NCBI GenBank assembly: GCA_977862235.1
Contig: OZ374562.1
Coordinates: 2,108,001-2,172,000 of the forward strand
Length of the DNA stretch: 64,000 nt
Origin: Dudresnaya verticillata
Taxonomy: Eukaryota
Direction: 5' to 3'
Part shown: positions 46,224 to 60,233 of the stretch, one piece after another
Position numbering within the stretch: position 1 is the first letter of the stretch
Layout: each line of letters opens with the position of its first letter
Notes under the pieces: generated by a model
What the model saw: the letters and a program-made list of their open reading frames with translations, nothing else
The model's database searches: none
Told to the model about the DNA's origin: nothing
Translations under genes and position numbers: made by a program

Positions 46224-48758
46224 ATGGCCTCACGACTGCCGACGTCGCGAGGCCCAAGTTCAAGAAGACCGTCCTCGACGCCAGGGAGTGTCCCCGCGTC
46301 AGAACGGTCGCTACAGCGGATGACAACAAGATCAGGGCGCCTCGTTAGCCCGGAGATCGCGTTGGCGTTCCCGACGCCACCCCCGGACCAAGGTCACGCA
46401 GGCTCCCACGCGTCGCTTAACGGAGGAGATTTACCTCCCCCGCCGCCGCGTATTCCTGTTTCCATCCGCACGTCAGTCCCCGAGGGATCGGCCCTCCGCA
46501 CCTACAACTCCTACGTTGACTCGGCTGATACAGTACAAGCCGAGCAACGGGGCGTCGTAGACGGAAGACAAGCCGACATCGTCGAGGAACAACCGGAACG
46601 TCCGGACCAACCAACAATCCCCGTCAGCAACGATCAAGAGCACTCCGCGGAGCGCGACGTCGCTGACGACCCTTTAACACCTGGGGGCCCACTCCCCACG
46701 GCAGCGCCGGTTGCTCACCGGCTAAGCCGAAGTCGTCAAGCCGAAGGCCTGCAGGAACGCACAACCGGTCAACACCCGAAAGCCATCCGCCAACGGCGTC
46801 ACCCTCGGCCGTCCGCGTGAGTAACTTAACGATACCACGCGAACGAACGAATCCGAGAGGTGTGCGTCTTAGAAGACGATGCTTTGCTCGCTAAGTTCGC
46901 CGGTTTGCTAGACGACAGTGTCGGAGTAATCGCAAGTTGTCTACAGACGTTGGAAGAGGATCGGGACGGCGCCCTACAAGGGATTTGCTCCGATCTCGAC
47001 CGTCTATTGACGAACTAAAACGCCCATGGCGAGGGTACCCAACCACCGCCGGCAGTAACGGTCCATTCGCACTCTGAGCTTAGCTCACGCGAACGCTTTC
47101 AGCGACTGGCGACTCGCTTAGAGCGTCTTGAAACCGCCAAGTGGCGCAACGGTCGGGTGACGAGAGCTCTTGCAAAGACCGTCACAGACGCAAAGATCGG
47201 AAGAGACGCCGCCGTAAGCTGCGTCATAGACGGACGAAGACCCGTCATCGACGTGGGGATTCATCCTCGTCCTCTCCAGACTCATCAAGTGACGGAGAGT
47301 CATCCGACTCTTCGTCTGAAGACGACGACTTCCCAGCTCTCGGCAGTCGCAAGACCTCGCGGAAAGCGGTTCAAAGGATTGAAGGAGCTACGCCCCTCCA
47401 ATCCCCTCTTCGATCAGCTACTATCTTATAGGACTTATCGTCTCCAAGACGAAGGGCAGAAACGCTCAGGGCGCGACCCGGGTAAGGTCAAGGACCATAT
47501 TAAGCGCCTGGAGCTGACCATGAAGGATGCCGCCTTCAACAGCAGCGACCCCGTCATGGTCCTGGAGTTCCTAACGCGTTTCGCGGATGAAGCCGATACG
47601 CTGGAGATGAGCGAAGCCCAAGCGTTTGTCGCACTGCCGTACTTCTTGCGAGGTACGGCAGCAACGCAGTTCCGATCCGTCAAGTCGACGACTTCGCGCC
47701 ATCGCGGTGGGGTGTCCTCGTATCTGGAGGCGGTACAGTACCTCCTCCGTACGTATGCTACGCCAGCGGCGATCAGGGACGCTGTCCTCACCCTACGGTC
47801 GACCATCCAGAAGCAAGGCGAGAACGAGACAACCTATGGGATGCGACTTGCCGGTACGTGTATCCGTTGCGGAAACGTATATCCCGATTAGGAAAAGATG
47901 ACGCTGTACATCGACGGGTTAGACCCGTCGATCAGGTCCCTGGTCGCTCGCTTCCGAGAAGAAACGCCAAGGGCGTCGGCTGGTTCACTTCGCGCAGGAC
48001 GAAGGAGTCTCCAACCGCGCACAACACGGCAGGGCCGGTTCCGCGTCAGCACGACGTGACATACTGACACCGGCTCAAGCCGTACGCACTCCGCGACCCG
48101 CCATCGGCGATGCCCGAGGTGTACTGCGTCCACAGACGAGAGGCGCAATGTATGGAGCGCGCGCTATGATAGAGAAGTCCTCCGTCGAGTTCCGAGACGT
48201 TAGCGCCCTCTCGATGACATGGAAACACACGCCGATGGCGATCTCTACTTGGCAGACGAGCAAGCGTCGGTGCCAACTTCGGCTCTACCGACGGACAGCT
48301 ACGTCGATGGCGAAGAAACAAGGGGCATGGACCCCGCTCTCGCCTTTGGGCGCTCGGTCGTACCCGCACCACGCGTTCCATATTCCGATTATGCCCCTCA
48401 CGTTCACCGGGCAAGGCCCGGATGGCAGGACAGAGGGCCGCCCCGTCAAGACGCGCGTCGGCAGCTGGTATGCCACCAATGTTACGCTCGCGGACACATC
48501 GCGCCGGACTGCTTCCTCCGCATGAGCGACTTCATGAAGGTTATTACCAACTATGAAGGACTAACCGAAGCCGAGAAGGCTGTTGTCCCCGCTGATGCGT
48601 ATGTCCGTTGCAATGAACGCGCGACCCGCGACGCTGCTCGCCGTGCTGCACGACCACAATCGCCACGAGGCGGACCCATGCCTCACGCGGCAGAACGTCA
48701 TCCGACGATGATAAATCGCTATGGAGCGCCACAACCACCGCTGCAGGCGCAAAACTAA
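46224..48758 (+). pseudogene. gag: E2 gag, fragmented
   Basis: Homologous to E1 Gag (KELRPSNPLFDQLLSYRTYRL; SEAQAFVALPYFL; AVQYLLRTYA); knuckle CHQCYARGHIAPDC; ends CAA-AAC-TAA. Confidence 0.88.
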
Positions 48759-50840
48759 CTCGGGCACCAAATCCTGACTCTGGGGTGTCGCACCGCGAAG
48801 AGAGGCCTAGGCCTCGGGTGTGGACACGGAAGGAGGGCCCGAAGTTAGTTACCGATGACGCCAGCGGGCGGATAGAGGCGTCGCAGACGTCATTAAAATG
48901 CCCATGGCGAAGGTACCAGCCCCCCAGGCGCGGGGCAGTTGTTCGTAATGGGAAAGAGGAACTATAAGGTGTACGCCGACTTGGGTGCAACCGTTAGTAC
49001 CTTGGCACTTAAACTCACTGTTCTCGACACGGGGGCTGGTCCGAATTTCATTCGCATTGACGACATTCCGCTGGAAGCGCGATCACGCATCGTGGCAAAG
49101 AGCCTCCCCGTCCTAGCCGACGCCAACAATAAAGCGATCCAGACGAGGGGCACCATCGACCTGGTCGTTCGTCTGGGACGGCGAGTCGTCAAGTTGGAAC
49201 TGATCGTTTGCGAACGACTCGCTGCGCCGGTTATACTCGGCTGCGATTTTTGCAACCGTTTTGTTGGAGCAATATATCCGCGAAGTCGCGAGGTCGAATT
49301 GGACGACGGGACTCATATCCCTATAACGCGCCGCCCGCTGCGCTGACCCCCTTCATATCCTCCGTTACCAACGGAACAGGAATACGGCAAGGCCGAAGGA
49401 CGGACGTCGCCCAAGATACGAGTAACCGAGCGCGCGATCATCCTGCCTAAGGCGCAGCAATGGGTATCGGTGACCACCGAGCGCGCCGGCGTCATCAAAA
49501 TTCAACCGTTCCGAACGCTGTACGACAAACAAGGTCTGGCCGTTACGAACGGGATGGCTCAAGTGGAGCCGCTAAAAGCGTTTCGCATTTTGGCTGCCAA
49601 CTTCTCTCCCCGCCCGCATTCTCTGGCCGAGGGCCAAGTCATCGCGACGGCGTCACCACATCCGACAGCAGTGTTCCCTAGTCACGTAATTCTAGCCGAT
49701 GTTTTGGGCCTCACCGAGGAACAGGCTGAGGAGGAGAAGGCAAACCAAGATTTCCGTTTTCAAACGAACGATAATACCACGGCACAGCCGGATACTTACA
49801 CGAAGTCGATCGAGGCAACCACTGCCAAGCCTCCATCACTAGACAATTTGGACCTGGGACATCTCCCCGACAAGCATCAAGGCCGGCTTAAGGAGATATT
49901 ACGCAAGTATTCGTCTATGTGGGACGGTTCATTGTGAGAAATCGCAACCATGGAGCACTGCATCGACTTGCTTCCCGGCTCTAGACCGATATCGTCCCCG
50001 CCTTACCGAGCGGTGCCGAAGCGAAGACATCTCGCTCAAGCGGAAGTGGACCGCATGCTTCGTCAAGGGGCTATCGAACCCGCACAATCGCCGTGGGCGT
50101 CACCAATGGTCCTCGCCCCCAAGAAGGACGGGACCCTCCGCTTTTGTGTAGACTACCGCCGTTTAAACGCAGTAACAGTACGGGATACGTACCCGCTGCC
50201 GCGTATCGACGAATGCATTGACAGTCTAGGAGAAGCAAACGTCTTCACCAGCCTAGACTGTAACAGTGGGTACTGGAAGGTGCCGATAAATCCGCGAGAC
50301 CGCGATAAGACTGCGTTCACGTGACACGCCGGACTGTTCCGCTATAAGCGTATGCCTTTCGGTCTCACGAACGCACCCGCTACGTTTCAACGAACGCTGG
50401 ACATCCTGCTCGCTGGTTACAAGTGGCGTTCGTGCCTCGTCTGCCTCTACGACGTAATAATCTTCCCCAGCGACATTGACAGTCACTTCCGTCATGTTGA
50501 CGAGATCCGTTCGACATTGCACCGCGCCGGGGTGACCCTGAAGTTGACCAAGTGTGACTTCTTCACCCCGAACGTCAACTACGTAGGGCACATCATACGT
50601 CCAGGACGGTTAGAGGTTGACCGAACTGTCACTGCCGCGCTACGCGAGGCCAAGCATCCACGGGCTCAGAAGGATCTTCCTCGGTCTTTGTAACGTCTAC
50701 AGACGGTTCGTCTCGCGATAGGCGCATGTCGCTGCCCCCCTCAACAAGTTACTGAGGAAGGAACAGGAATTTCGGTTACAACCGTTCGATGAAACACAAG
50801 CCAAAGCGTTCTGTACGCTCGTTGAGGCCGTGACTCATCC

Positions 50841-53800
50841 TCTAGACGCTCGACTGCCCCAACCAGGACTCAGTGTAGTGTGTGAATGATCTCTGCCGTC
50901 TTCTCCCTGAAGGCGGCGGACCGAGGCAATTTATGTTGACCTCGGTGCAGGACACAACGGGGATTGCGTAGTAGCGTGCTGTAGCAACTTACCTATGTCA
51001 ATCTTAATGGTTAGCTACAACGTCCCTTTTCCCTACTGGAATGGGTCGTGGAAATCCGAAACAACGGCAATGTGGCTTTCACTAGCTTGAAGCCGGTTGC
51101 TCTCTACAAGCAGTCGATGCTTGTCAGCCTCTGCGCGTTACGATGCGTAACCGCAACCATATACAGGGCCCCATACATGCGAGTACCCTAGTGCTCCTAT
51201 GTATCATCAATTATTGCTAAGTTGCAATTGTGTTAAAGCCTTCTTCGCTAAACGCTTCTTCTTAGTCGCGTTCAAAAACGCTGGAAGTCTCTCGGGCACA
51301 TCCTCATGCATTTGTTGCACGGACTGCCACGTCCAGTCTATCTTATCGGGTTGCCCCAGCCATCGTACATGTACAAATAATCCATCACTTGCTTCTCCAA
51401 TATCCTTGATAGACTCCACCATCTCGAACTTAGACTCGAAATGCTTCGCCTGCTCTACCAGCCGCAGGGAGATTTCAGTTCCTTCTAGTTTGCTGCGATA
51501 GATCTGCAGCCTGGCAGCATGTACGATCTCGGACTTACTGTCTACAAGTCCGGTTACCTCGTAAACTGTTTCACTGATAGCCCTGGTTATTCGTCGGGGT
51601 CCTAACCAACGAAATGAAAACTTGTACCCCTTGTCCTGACTGCGTCTAACAACAACAAAGTCACCAACCTCGAAGTTTGACGCAATTATATTCGTCTTCT
51701 TGTTATGAAACGCAATCTGCTTCTGTCTGTTGGCAGTCGCCTTTATATCGACCTCTTTGTGCAGATGATCCAATGACTTTTGAGTCTCATCAATGTTAAT
51801 GCGTTGCTGTGCGCGGACCCTACTGAGTTTCAAAGGGTTTTCTTGTGAACGTTTTGGTGTCACTACCATGGCTCGGGCAGGCCGAATACCTGTCATGACT
51901 TCGAGAGGTGTGCGCGACGTACCATCTGCCCTTTTCTCTAGCCTGGTGAGTAGTGCTTCATTAAGTACGGACATCACTATGTCGGCAACCAATGGCCAAT
52001 CGTGAATTCCGAGTCGGAGTTCGGACAGTAGCGCTGTGCATGCAGCTCGTATATGTCGCATGCAGACTTCTACTGTTCCATTAACCCAGGGCGAATATAC
52101 CACTGTAAAATTATGATGGGTACGTTGTGTCTTGGCTAGCCATTCCAACACTCGATTCTTGAAGTGTGATCCTTGGTCTGAAACCCAAAACTGCATCACA
52201 GTAAATACTCTAATCCATCTTGATATCTCCCTAGCAGCTGTTTCGGCATCCGCAGTTTTGCACGGACAAAGCCATAGATATGTAGACAATCGTCTCGAAT
52301 TATCAGGATGTACTTCAGCCCATCGATTCCTATCCCCATTATATATGAAATCAAAATGGATGACTTCGTTGGGCTTCGAGCCATGAAGGGTTCTAGACAA
52401 GTGGACGCGGGATTCGATGACCACTCTTGGCAATGATGCAATGCAGACAGCTTTGGACAAATGCTCTGCAATCCCGGTCCATACCTGCCGAACTGTACTC
52501 CTCTTTCAGCATGCTGGAAGTAGAGTCGTGACCACGATGCCCGCCGCACCCACAATGGGCAACGACAAGCCGTTTTAATTTGAGCTCCATATCCTTAGGT
52601 GGAATCCATATCTTGCCATCTTTCCGCAATAGATCACCATCCTCGCGCTGAACGGCACTTGTTATCGTCAAAGCTTCCGACTGTGACTTCAGTATCATAT
52701 CCAGGGACGGCCATGAAAAATCCTCAGCCAACGGGGACGCAACCAGGTCCTCTTCGTTGAACTTGCTAGTTATTCTTCGTGCAACTTTGCGCTTTCCAGG
52801 ATATCCAGCAAACCAGCGCGTCATCATATCTGCTGTCACGTTATGCTTACCATCTATATGTTCTATCGTGTACATAAATCTTGATAGAAATAGTGCCCAT
52901 CTTTGCACTTTGTTAACGACATGACAACCTAACATTGGCTTCAGGACGAGTGGATTGAAAACAAACAAAAGATTCCGATGATCCGTAAAGACATGAATGT
53001 CTTCTTCACATGCGAACATAAAATCCATTTTCTCGAATGACTGAAACACAGCGTACGCCTCTTTCTCAAATGTACTCCAATTACGCTGTATGCTTGTGAA
53101 TGCAGACCCGAGAAAGGCCAATGGCTCCTCCATTTGTTCAGATACGTGTTTGCCCAGACAGGTACTCTCACATTGGGTCACTACTGCTGACCAAAACTCG
53201 TCGGATGCGTCAGTGAAAACGCAGAGAGTCTTGTCGGGATCCCGATGGGACAGCTTTACAGCTATGCGTAGTTGCTCTTGCAGTTCTTCAAATATTTCTA
53301 GATGCTTTGGTCCCATGAAAATGTAGAAAGTCGTATTCCTTCCACTGAACGAGATGCCCGGTTTCCTGAACGTGTGTATGCCTCCTCCAGAACCTGTTTC
53401 AGTGGTGCAACACGTGTTACGAAATCTCGGATATAATTAGACATCCACTGCAGGCAATTCACGAACTGTGAGAGCTCACTTGCGTTTGCTGGGGGATGGG
53501 CGGACTTCAAACCATTTAGACGCCTGGGATCACATTATATTCCATCCTTATCAACGATGTAGCCGCACCAGCGTAACGAGTTGCTGAATAATACTGTCTT
53601 TGTAGCTGAAACTTTCAAATTCTTATCCCGACATATCTGCAGGAATTGGCGTAATAGTGCAATCAGCTCTTTTTCCGTCTTCGCGTGCACCGCGAAGTCA
53701 TCAAACCATGCCTTGACAGATTCGTCCATGGAAGCAAAGCAGGGCTGAACGCGAGACTGAAAATTTTGCACTGCATTCATAGACCCTTGGAGCGTCCGTG

Positions 53801-56330
53801 TCGGCTGGTAAACTCCAGCCGGTGTTGAGAAGCTTAAGTATGGCTGGCTGCTTTCGTGTAAAGGAATCTGCCAGTAACCAGCACAAAAATCGATACTGGC
53901 GAAGAACATACTTCCGGAAAAGTCCATGAGCTCGGACTGCAAGTGTGGCATCGGCCATGTCATAGGTTTGGTGCATTGGTTGACACGTCTTAAATCAAAT
54001 GTAAGACGAAACTTCTTTGTTCCTGGTTTAGGAACCAGCAAAGGGGGCGACGACCACTCCGCATGAGGGTTAGGTTTAGCCATGTTGAAATCGACCAAGT
54101 TTTCCAAAAATCGTTTCATGTAATTACGCTGTTCCACTGAGTATCTCCTCGCTTTGGAAATATAGGGCAACGACCCGGGCTTCAGCTGTACATACATCGG
54201 CTCAGCCTTTGCTGGCTGGCCCGGCCCTAATCTCACTCGGAAGACGTCACGGTAGTCCTTAAGTTGTGATGTCATACCATCATGTCCCGTAGAGCTCAAG
54301 CCGTTTTCAATAGCTTTGGCTAGCATAGAACCTAACGCTTTTTCCAGCTCCTCCGGTGTCAATACCAAGTTCCGTTCGTTGTTCCGCCAGGCTGTCCGTT
54401 TCATCAGTCACAGCTCTGTCGGAATGGAACATACCCGAAGAAAGAATTCGAGCAATTGATCCCTCGGCGTAGTCATCATCAACAATTTCTGCAGCGTCTA
54501 TAGAACCGCTATGGATATCACACGCAGCTTCTAAAATCTTCTTGGTATCCAATCCCAGGGCCTCCTGAATAGGTCGACCCAGTAGTGGTTCATTAACCGC
54601 ATCGACAGCAACTATCCATTTCAAATTGCGAATCAAAAGTGACTTGCCATGTCGAATGTGCAATTCAGTATCCAGAACTACCTCCCTGTCGCAAGAAACA
54701 GAAAGAGCGGAAGCAGCTAAGCCGAACTTCCACGGGATTTCGTACACCTCCACTTTCATGTCGGCACGTTGCCTAGGCAGATCCGAAAACACAAGTCCTG
54801 GCATGAGGTTAATATTCGAACCACCGTCCGCAAATAATCGAACATCTACACATCCTGACAAGGTAGCGCCCATAATGGTAGAGTTAGTTTCCTCAGCTTT
54901 CGCCTTCTTCTCTCCATCAAGTGGAGCCACGACTTGCTTGGCTCCCCGTCGCCGCTGTCTATAATTGCGTTCCTTCTGCCCCTTGAACTCCTGAAGTAAA
55001 CGTTTCGCCTCGTTTACACTTGTGTCCGGACAATTCCGAACCCCGTCTTCGTGCTTCCTGTTCTCCTTCTGACATATTGGATTGAGACAAAGGACAGAGC
55101 GGGCATTCATTTTGGTGTTTGCCTTGTTGTCGTCTTTCTCATTCCGATTTAAAGATGATTTGGTACTCTCAGAAGCGTCCCAGGTAGTAGAAGATTTTTC
55201 TTTTCGACCTTTCCGCCTAAGCTTGTCATGGACTGCTGCTTCTCTGAAAACCATATAGACGTAGCGATTTACATCTTTCTTGAGGCCTGGTTCGAACTCC
55301 AGATATTCTGCCATGTCTTCTTTGAGCTCGGGAGGATATAGCTTCTCCTGAATCAACTTAACTGTATTCTCGGGATTCCGCTGTTTGAATTCACCGTACC
55401 CAATACCATCGAGCCTTTCAAATATGTCATGGACATATTGAATCATGCTTGCGTCCGGGTCAGTAACTGACATTGGAACTCGAACCCCACGCACTGCCTC
55501 CTGTATCAAAGTAGGATTAATCTCCTTGCTATCATCAACTGATACCAGTCCCCTGATATATTTCTAAATATGCTCAGAACTTAGTTCAGGGAACGACAAT
55601 CCGCTTGCCACTTCCTCGAGTCGTCGTAGTCCGTGAAGAGTTTTCAACAATCCTCTATCCACGGAAACTTTAAACGAAGCGACAGTCATAGATGGAACCT
55701 CCTTTTGCTTTTCAAGCACTTCGTCGACATATCGGTCCCTCTCCCTTAAAAAACTGAAACCTTCAGGGGGTCAGCACCTCGCAGCACTGGGTGCTGTACC
55801 GGTGCAAATAAAGCCGCTCTACTCTGACCCATGCTCGAACTCGCAGGCTCGCTGACATCATCATTTGCGGAAACTCTCGCCGGCGCTACGGCCGCGCCTC
55901 TTCTCTTCGTAGGCATCAATAATCCGACAACGGAACGTGAAAGACCACTCCGTATAAAAATCCGTCGTTGAGAATGCGTTCGCCTTCTGCAGAAAGAGAA
56001 AATTCTCTAGACGCTCGACTACCCCAACCAGGACTCAGTGTAGTGTGTGAATGATCTCTGCCGTCTTCTCCCTGAAGGCGGCGGACCGAGGCAATTTATG
56101 TTGACCTCGGTGCAGGACACAACGGGGATTGCGTAGTAACGTGCTGTAGCAACTTACCTATGTCAATCTTAACGGTTAGCTACAACGTCCCTTTTCCCTA
56201 CTGGAATTGGTCGTGCAAATCCTAAACAACGGCAATGTGGCTTTCCCTAGGTTGAAGCCGGTTGCTCTCTACAAGCAGTCGATGCTTGTCAGCCTCTGCG
56301 CGTTACGATGCGTAACCGCAACAATCTACA
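50841..56330 (-). mobile_element. E4: compact (5.5 kb) Ty3/Gypsy element inserted in reverse into E2 pol
   Basis: 325-bp LTRs at 50841-51165 and 56006-56330 (~10 mismatches); 4-bp TSD ATCC (50837-50840, 56331-56334). Confidence 0.93.
51207..55916 (-). pseudogene. E4 gag-pol polyprotein, frameshifted (gag, protease, RT, RH, INT, chromodomain-like)
   Basis: FRLTFDLRRVN, SIDFCAGYWQIPL, WFDD (RT); FTDASD..EKEAYA..TDHRNL (RH); HFDFIY, SDQGSHF, VNGTVE (INT); VHVRWLG..WTWQ. Confidence 0.9.
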
Positions 56331-59300
56331 ATCCGCCTATACTGGCGCTACCACAGCAGGGTCTCCCCTATTCCGTCTATTGTGACTCAAGCGAGTATCA
56401 GGTCGGCTGCGCTCTCTTTCAAACGCAGTCCGACGGGGAGCGTAAGCCACTCGGCTTCTGGTCCCGCTCGCTCACTGCTCCAGAGCGTAACTACTCGGTC
56501 TCCGAAAAGGAGTGCCTCGCAGTAGTATGGTCCGTCATGAAGCTGCTACTTTACCTCCAGATGGAGTCATTCACAGTCCATAAGGACCATTCGTCATTGA
56601 GGTGGCTGATGGAAATCAGCGACCTCTCTGGACGGTTAATGCGGTGGCGCCTTCGCCTTTCCGAGTTCGACTTCGTCATGAAGTACAAAAAGGGGTACCT
56701 GAATACTCAGGCAGATGCCCTCTCGCGTCTACAGACGAAGGGAGAAACCGTCGAGCCCATTGACGATGAGATACCATGCTATCACGGAAGCTACGTCGAA
56801 GACGGCTATCAAACGTCACAAGACGATCTGTCAGACGCCGAAGGCGAGATCGACTTCTCTGAACGAGAGTTCGAAGCGTTCGACCAAGTGTTGATCAACA
56901 ACACGCCGGCGGCGGATGAGGTACTCCTTCGTCAAGTGACGCATGAAGCGTTGGTACACGCCCAAGGCGAGGACCAATACTGTAACGACATCAGGAAGCG
57001 TCTGGATGATGGGATCATCGTAGTGTTCGCAACGGATGAACAGGGCCTGTTGGTCCGAAAAGTGGAAGTCCGCCCGCAAGTGGTCGTACCCTCCGCGTTA
57101 CGCGCTCGATGACTCCACCTCCGGCACCAAGCCAAGTTGGCAGGGCACCCAGGGGCGTAAGTTGTATCATACGCTTCGACGCGAATACTATTGGCCATCG
57201 ATGCTAGTGGACTGCTATCCGACCGTCCGCAACTGCGTAACCTGCGCTAAGAATCGCGTATTGCTGCGAAAGAACACCAAGCAATTGAAGTTATTCCCGG
57301 CAACCGAGCCTCTCGAGTTCGTATCGATCGACATCCTGGGCGAACTCATACGCACGAAGCGAGGAAACAAGTTCCTGCTCGTCATTGTGGACCGCTTCTA
57401 GAAGCTGGTCCGGACGGTCCCAATACGTCGTATTACGGCATTGGAGATCGTTAAGGCGTTTGTACGACATTGGGTCTTCGTGTACGGGCCCCAAGAAACT
57501 GTTGTCCGACAACGGACCACAGTTTGTGGCTAAGCTGTTTCAGGATATCTGCCGTCTTTTGGGAGTGGAGAATCTCTTCACCACGACGTACCATCCGCAA
57601 TGCAATGGCCAGGTAGAACGATTCAATCGAACTATCCTGGCCTCGCTGTGTCACTACGTTGCGGATCATCCGAGAGACTGGGATCTGTTCACGGATGCCT
57701 TGACGTTCGCATACAACACACAGTTGCATTCGTCTACGCATCTCGCTTCGTTTGAATTGGTGCTGTCCAAGCCACCACGGACATTGTCGCTCGAAGCGGA
57801 ACCGTCGCTCGAAAGCGTACCCACCGCGGGGCAATACTACACCAAGTGTCGAACCTGGCTGGCCGCACTGATGGGAACCGCTAAAGCGTCGTTAGAGAAA
57901 ACTCAAGCAGGTTACAAACGGAACTTCGATACCCGATTAAGGAAATCGAAGGAAGCAATCGCCGTAGGCGACTTCGTATTCGTACGCAAGGAATACTTCG
58001 CCCGAGGCGGGAGCACGGATCGCGCAGAGCGTAAACATAAGTTGGCGCCAGTGGCGGACGGACCATATCGGGTAACTAACGTTGATAACGAGACAGTAAC
58101 CGTCGACAAGGGACGTGACGAGCGGGAACGTTTGTCCCGAGACCGCGTGGTCTGGGCGCCGACCCCACCGGGCCAGGCGGCCCCTCCAATCGTCGTACCA
58201 CCAGGCCCGCCTGAGGAGCAGGAAGCAGTCGCCCCCACGTCACAAGACGAAGGGACGACTACCCGAGGCATGCCACCAGCGGACCCGGAGGAGGACGCAG
58301 ACACTTCGCATACTGCGGGAGATCCGCAAGAGCGTACGATCGCAGCGTCACGCAGTCGTGGGTTGGCAGAGCTTTCGCTCTTCGCCGCCGATCCCGACGA
58401 CCGCGCTTCGCGATCCGTCTCCAACGACGACAATACCCCAGGGGTTCGCACCCGTTTGGAGCACGTCGCTACGGCACTGCCGAATGAGAACAATGACTCT
58501 GCTGAAAGCGCGTCCGATAACGAAGACATCAACCGTGCAAGCACGAAGCAAGGCGCTGCAAGCGATGGACTCTTACCAAGACGCAGCAACCCACTTACCG
58601 CTGATCGAGCGTCCGAGGCCCAAGGCCAACGCCTTCGGCGATCAACTCGTCGAGTACGCTTCCCCAAACCGGTACAGGCCCCCATGACGCAACGAGACGA
58701 ACCGCCAGAGGCACTGGAAGGGCCCACGTCCAAGCCGAACGCTGTGAGCGGGAAAGAATACTTGATTGAACTCATTGAGTCGCACGCATACGCGGATGAT
58801 GATGAGATCCTCTACCGCGTCAAGTGGTTTGGATACCCCGCTTCAGCGAACACCTGGGAGCCAGGCTCCAGTTTGCCGCGATCCCACGTCACACGGTACC
58901 ACCGTCGAAAACGTACGCAGCTACCGCCAAACATCGAAGACGCGCAGCGCGGTTAACTCTAATCCGGAAATACCGCTGGAAGCGAATGCACGGAAGATCG
59001 AGACCACGTGCTCGACTTTCGGTCGTTTAAGGCGCGGAAGCTCAAACCGTGGCCTGTGGACGCGGTCGCCACAGCGATAGCGCCAAACACGTGTGCGCGT
59101 CATGGACGAACGCGGACGCAAGTCATGGCGTCATAGACAGCCATGCGCACGGACACCTCGCAGCGGCCACCATACAGAACCTCTGGATGGGTGCGCGGTT
59201 GACTGTGGATCCAGATCCCAAATCGAGATCCGCCGCCCGCGCCCCTCGGGTAATAGGAGCAAGTAATTGGTCAATTTTTAATTTCCAAACACGGAAGCGC

Positions 59301-60233
59301 GCACCACCCAGCAGTCAACGCACGACGAACGCAATCATTCCAAGTGGCTGAGCAGATGCTACGAGCACCAGCGACGACAGGCGCAAGTGGCAGCGCGCAA
59401 CAACCGTCTCCGACGTCGAGTCGTGCACTCGCATCACGGCCAAGTCCCTGGGACCGCCATCCTGCCCGCCATGGTCTCGCGCGAAAGCCCACTTTGAACG
59501 TCTCCGACGTAACGAGCCGAGAAGGGGCGCACCGACAAACCCACCCCCGAAGTGGGGGAAGGTGGTTGAAGACGCAGTTTCCGTGGGTTCCGTGCACGAC
59601 GCGCCAACAAATCGGGCAACGACTCCGCCGCTGCCCGCGGCCGCCGCGGCCTCAGTCGCGCGAGCGCGAACATACCCTACCCTATCCCCAAAGAGGAACG
59701 TCGGAGACGAAAGGGGCGGCAACGCCAAGGCGTCAACACTTACCTCACCGCCTTCGCGACCCTCGTCCAGGACGCCGACAAACCACGCCCAATGCGCAGT
59801 GCGACACACGCATTACAAAAACGCTAAGTCAGCGGAAACACGCCAACCGCGGCACGTGCAACACGAATAACAACGCTACTACAGCGGACAATACCAGCCA
59901 AACACAGCCGAGCGCCAACGCAGGCCAAGGCGAAAGGCTTCAAATGCCAACGCTACTGTAGCGGGCAATCAAGAACACGACGCAAAGTCGAAAGGGGATC
60001 ACAGGTTACACCCTAAGGCCAACTCGAAACGCGACACGAAAAGACGCTGACAATGGCCGAAGTTTACTGGGCTAAAAGCAAATGGGGACAAACCCCTCGC
60101 CCTAGCGATCGACCACTACAGCTACATTAATCGTCAAAGACGAAGGAGAATACCCCGCTCATCGGTCCCGCAAGGGAGCCGAAGGGCAACAAAATACGCA
60201 CCCGTGCGTCCGCTATCCGTTCCTGAAACGACA

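Larger units (their letters stand above)
48897..58956 (+). pseudogene. pol: E2 pol (48897-50840 plus 56335-58956): PR-RT-RH-INT-chromodomain, with stops and frameshifts
   Basis: LDTGAGPN; LRFCVDYRRLN; THP|PILALP rejoined across E4; EKECLA; SDNGPQF, ERFNRT; YRVKWFGY..TWEP. Confidence 0.92.

Noticed and set aside
56207..56330. N-terminus of the 301-aa ORF 56207-57112
   Set aside because: A chance fusion of E4 LTR sequence to the resumed E2 RNase H frame.
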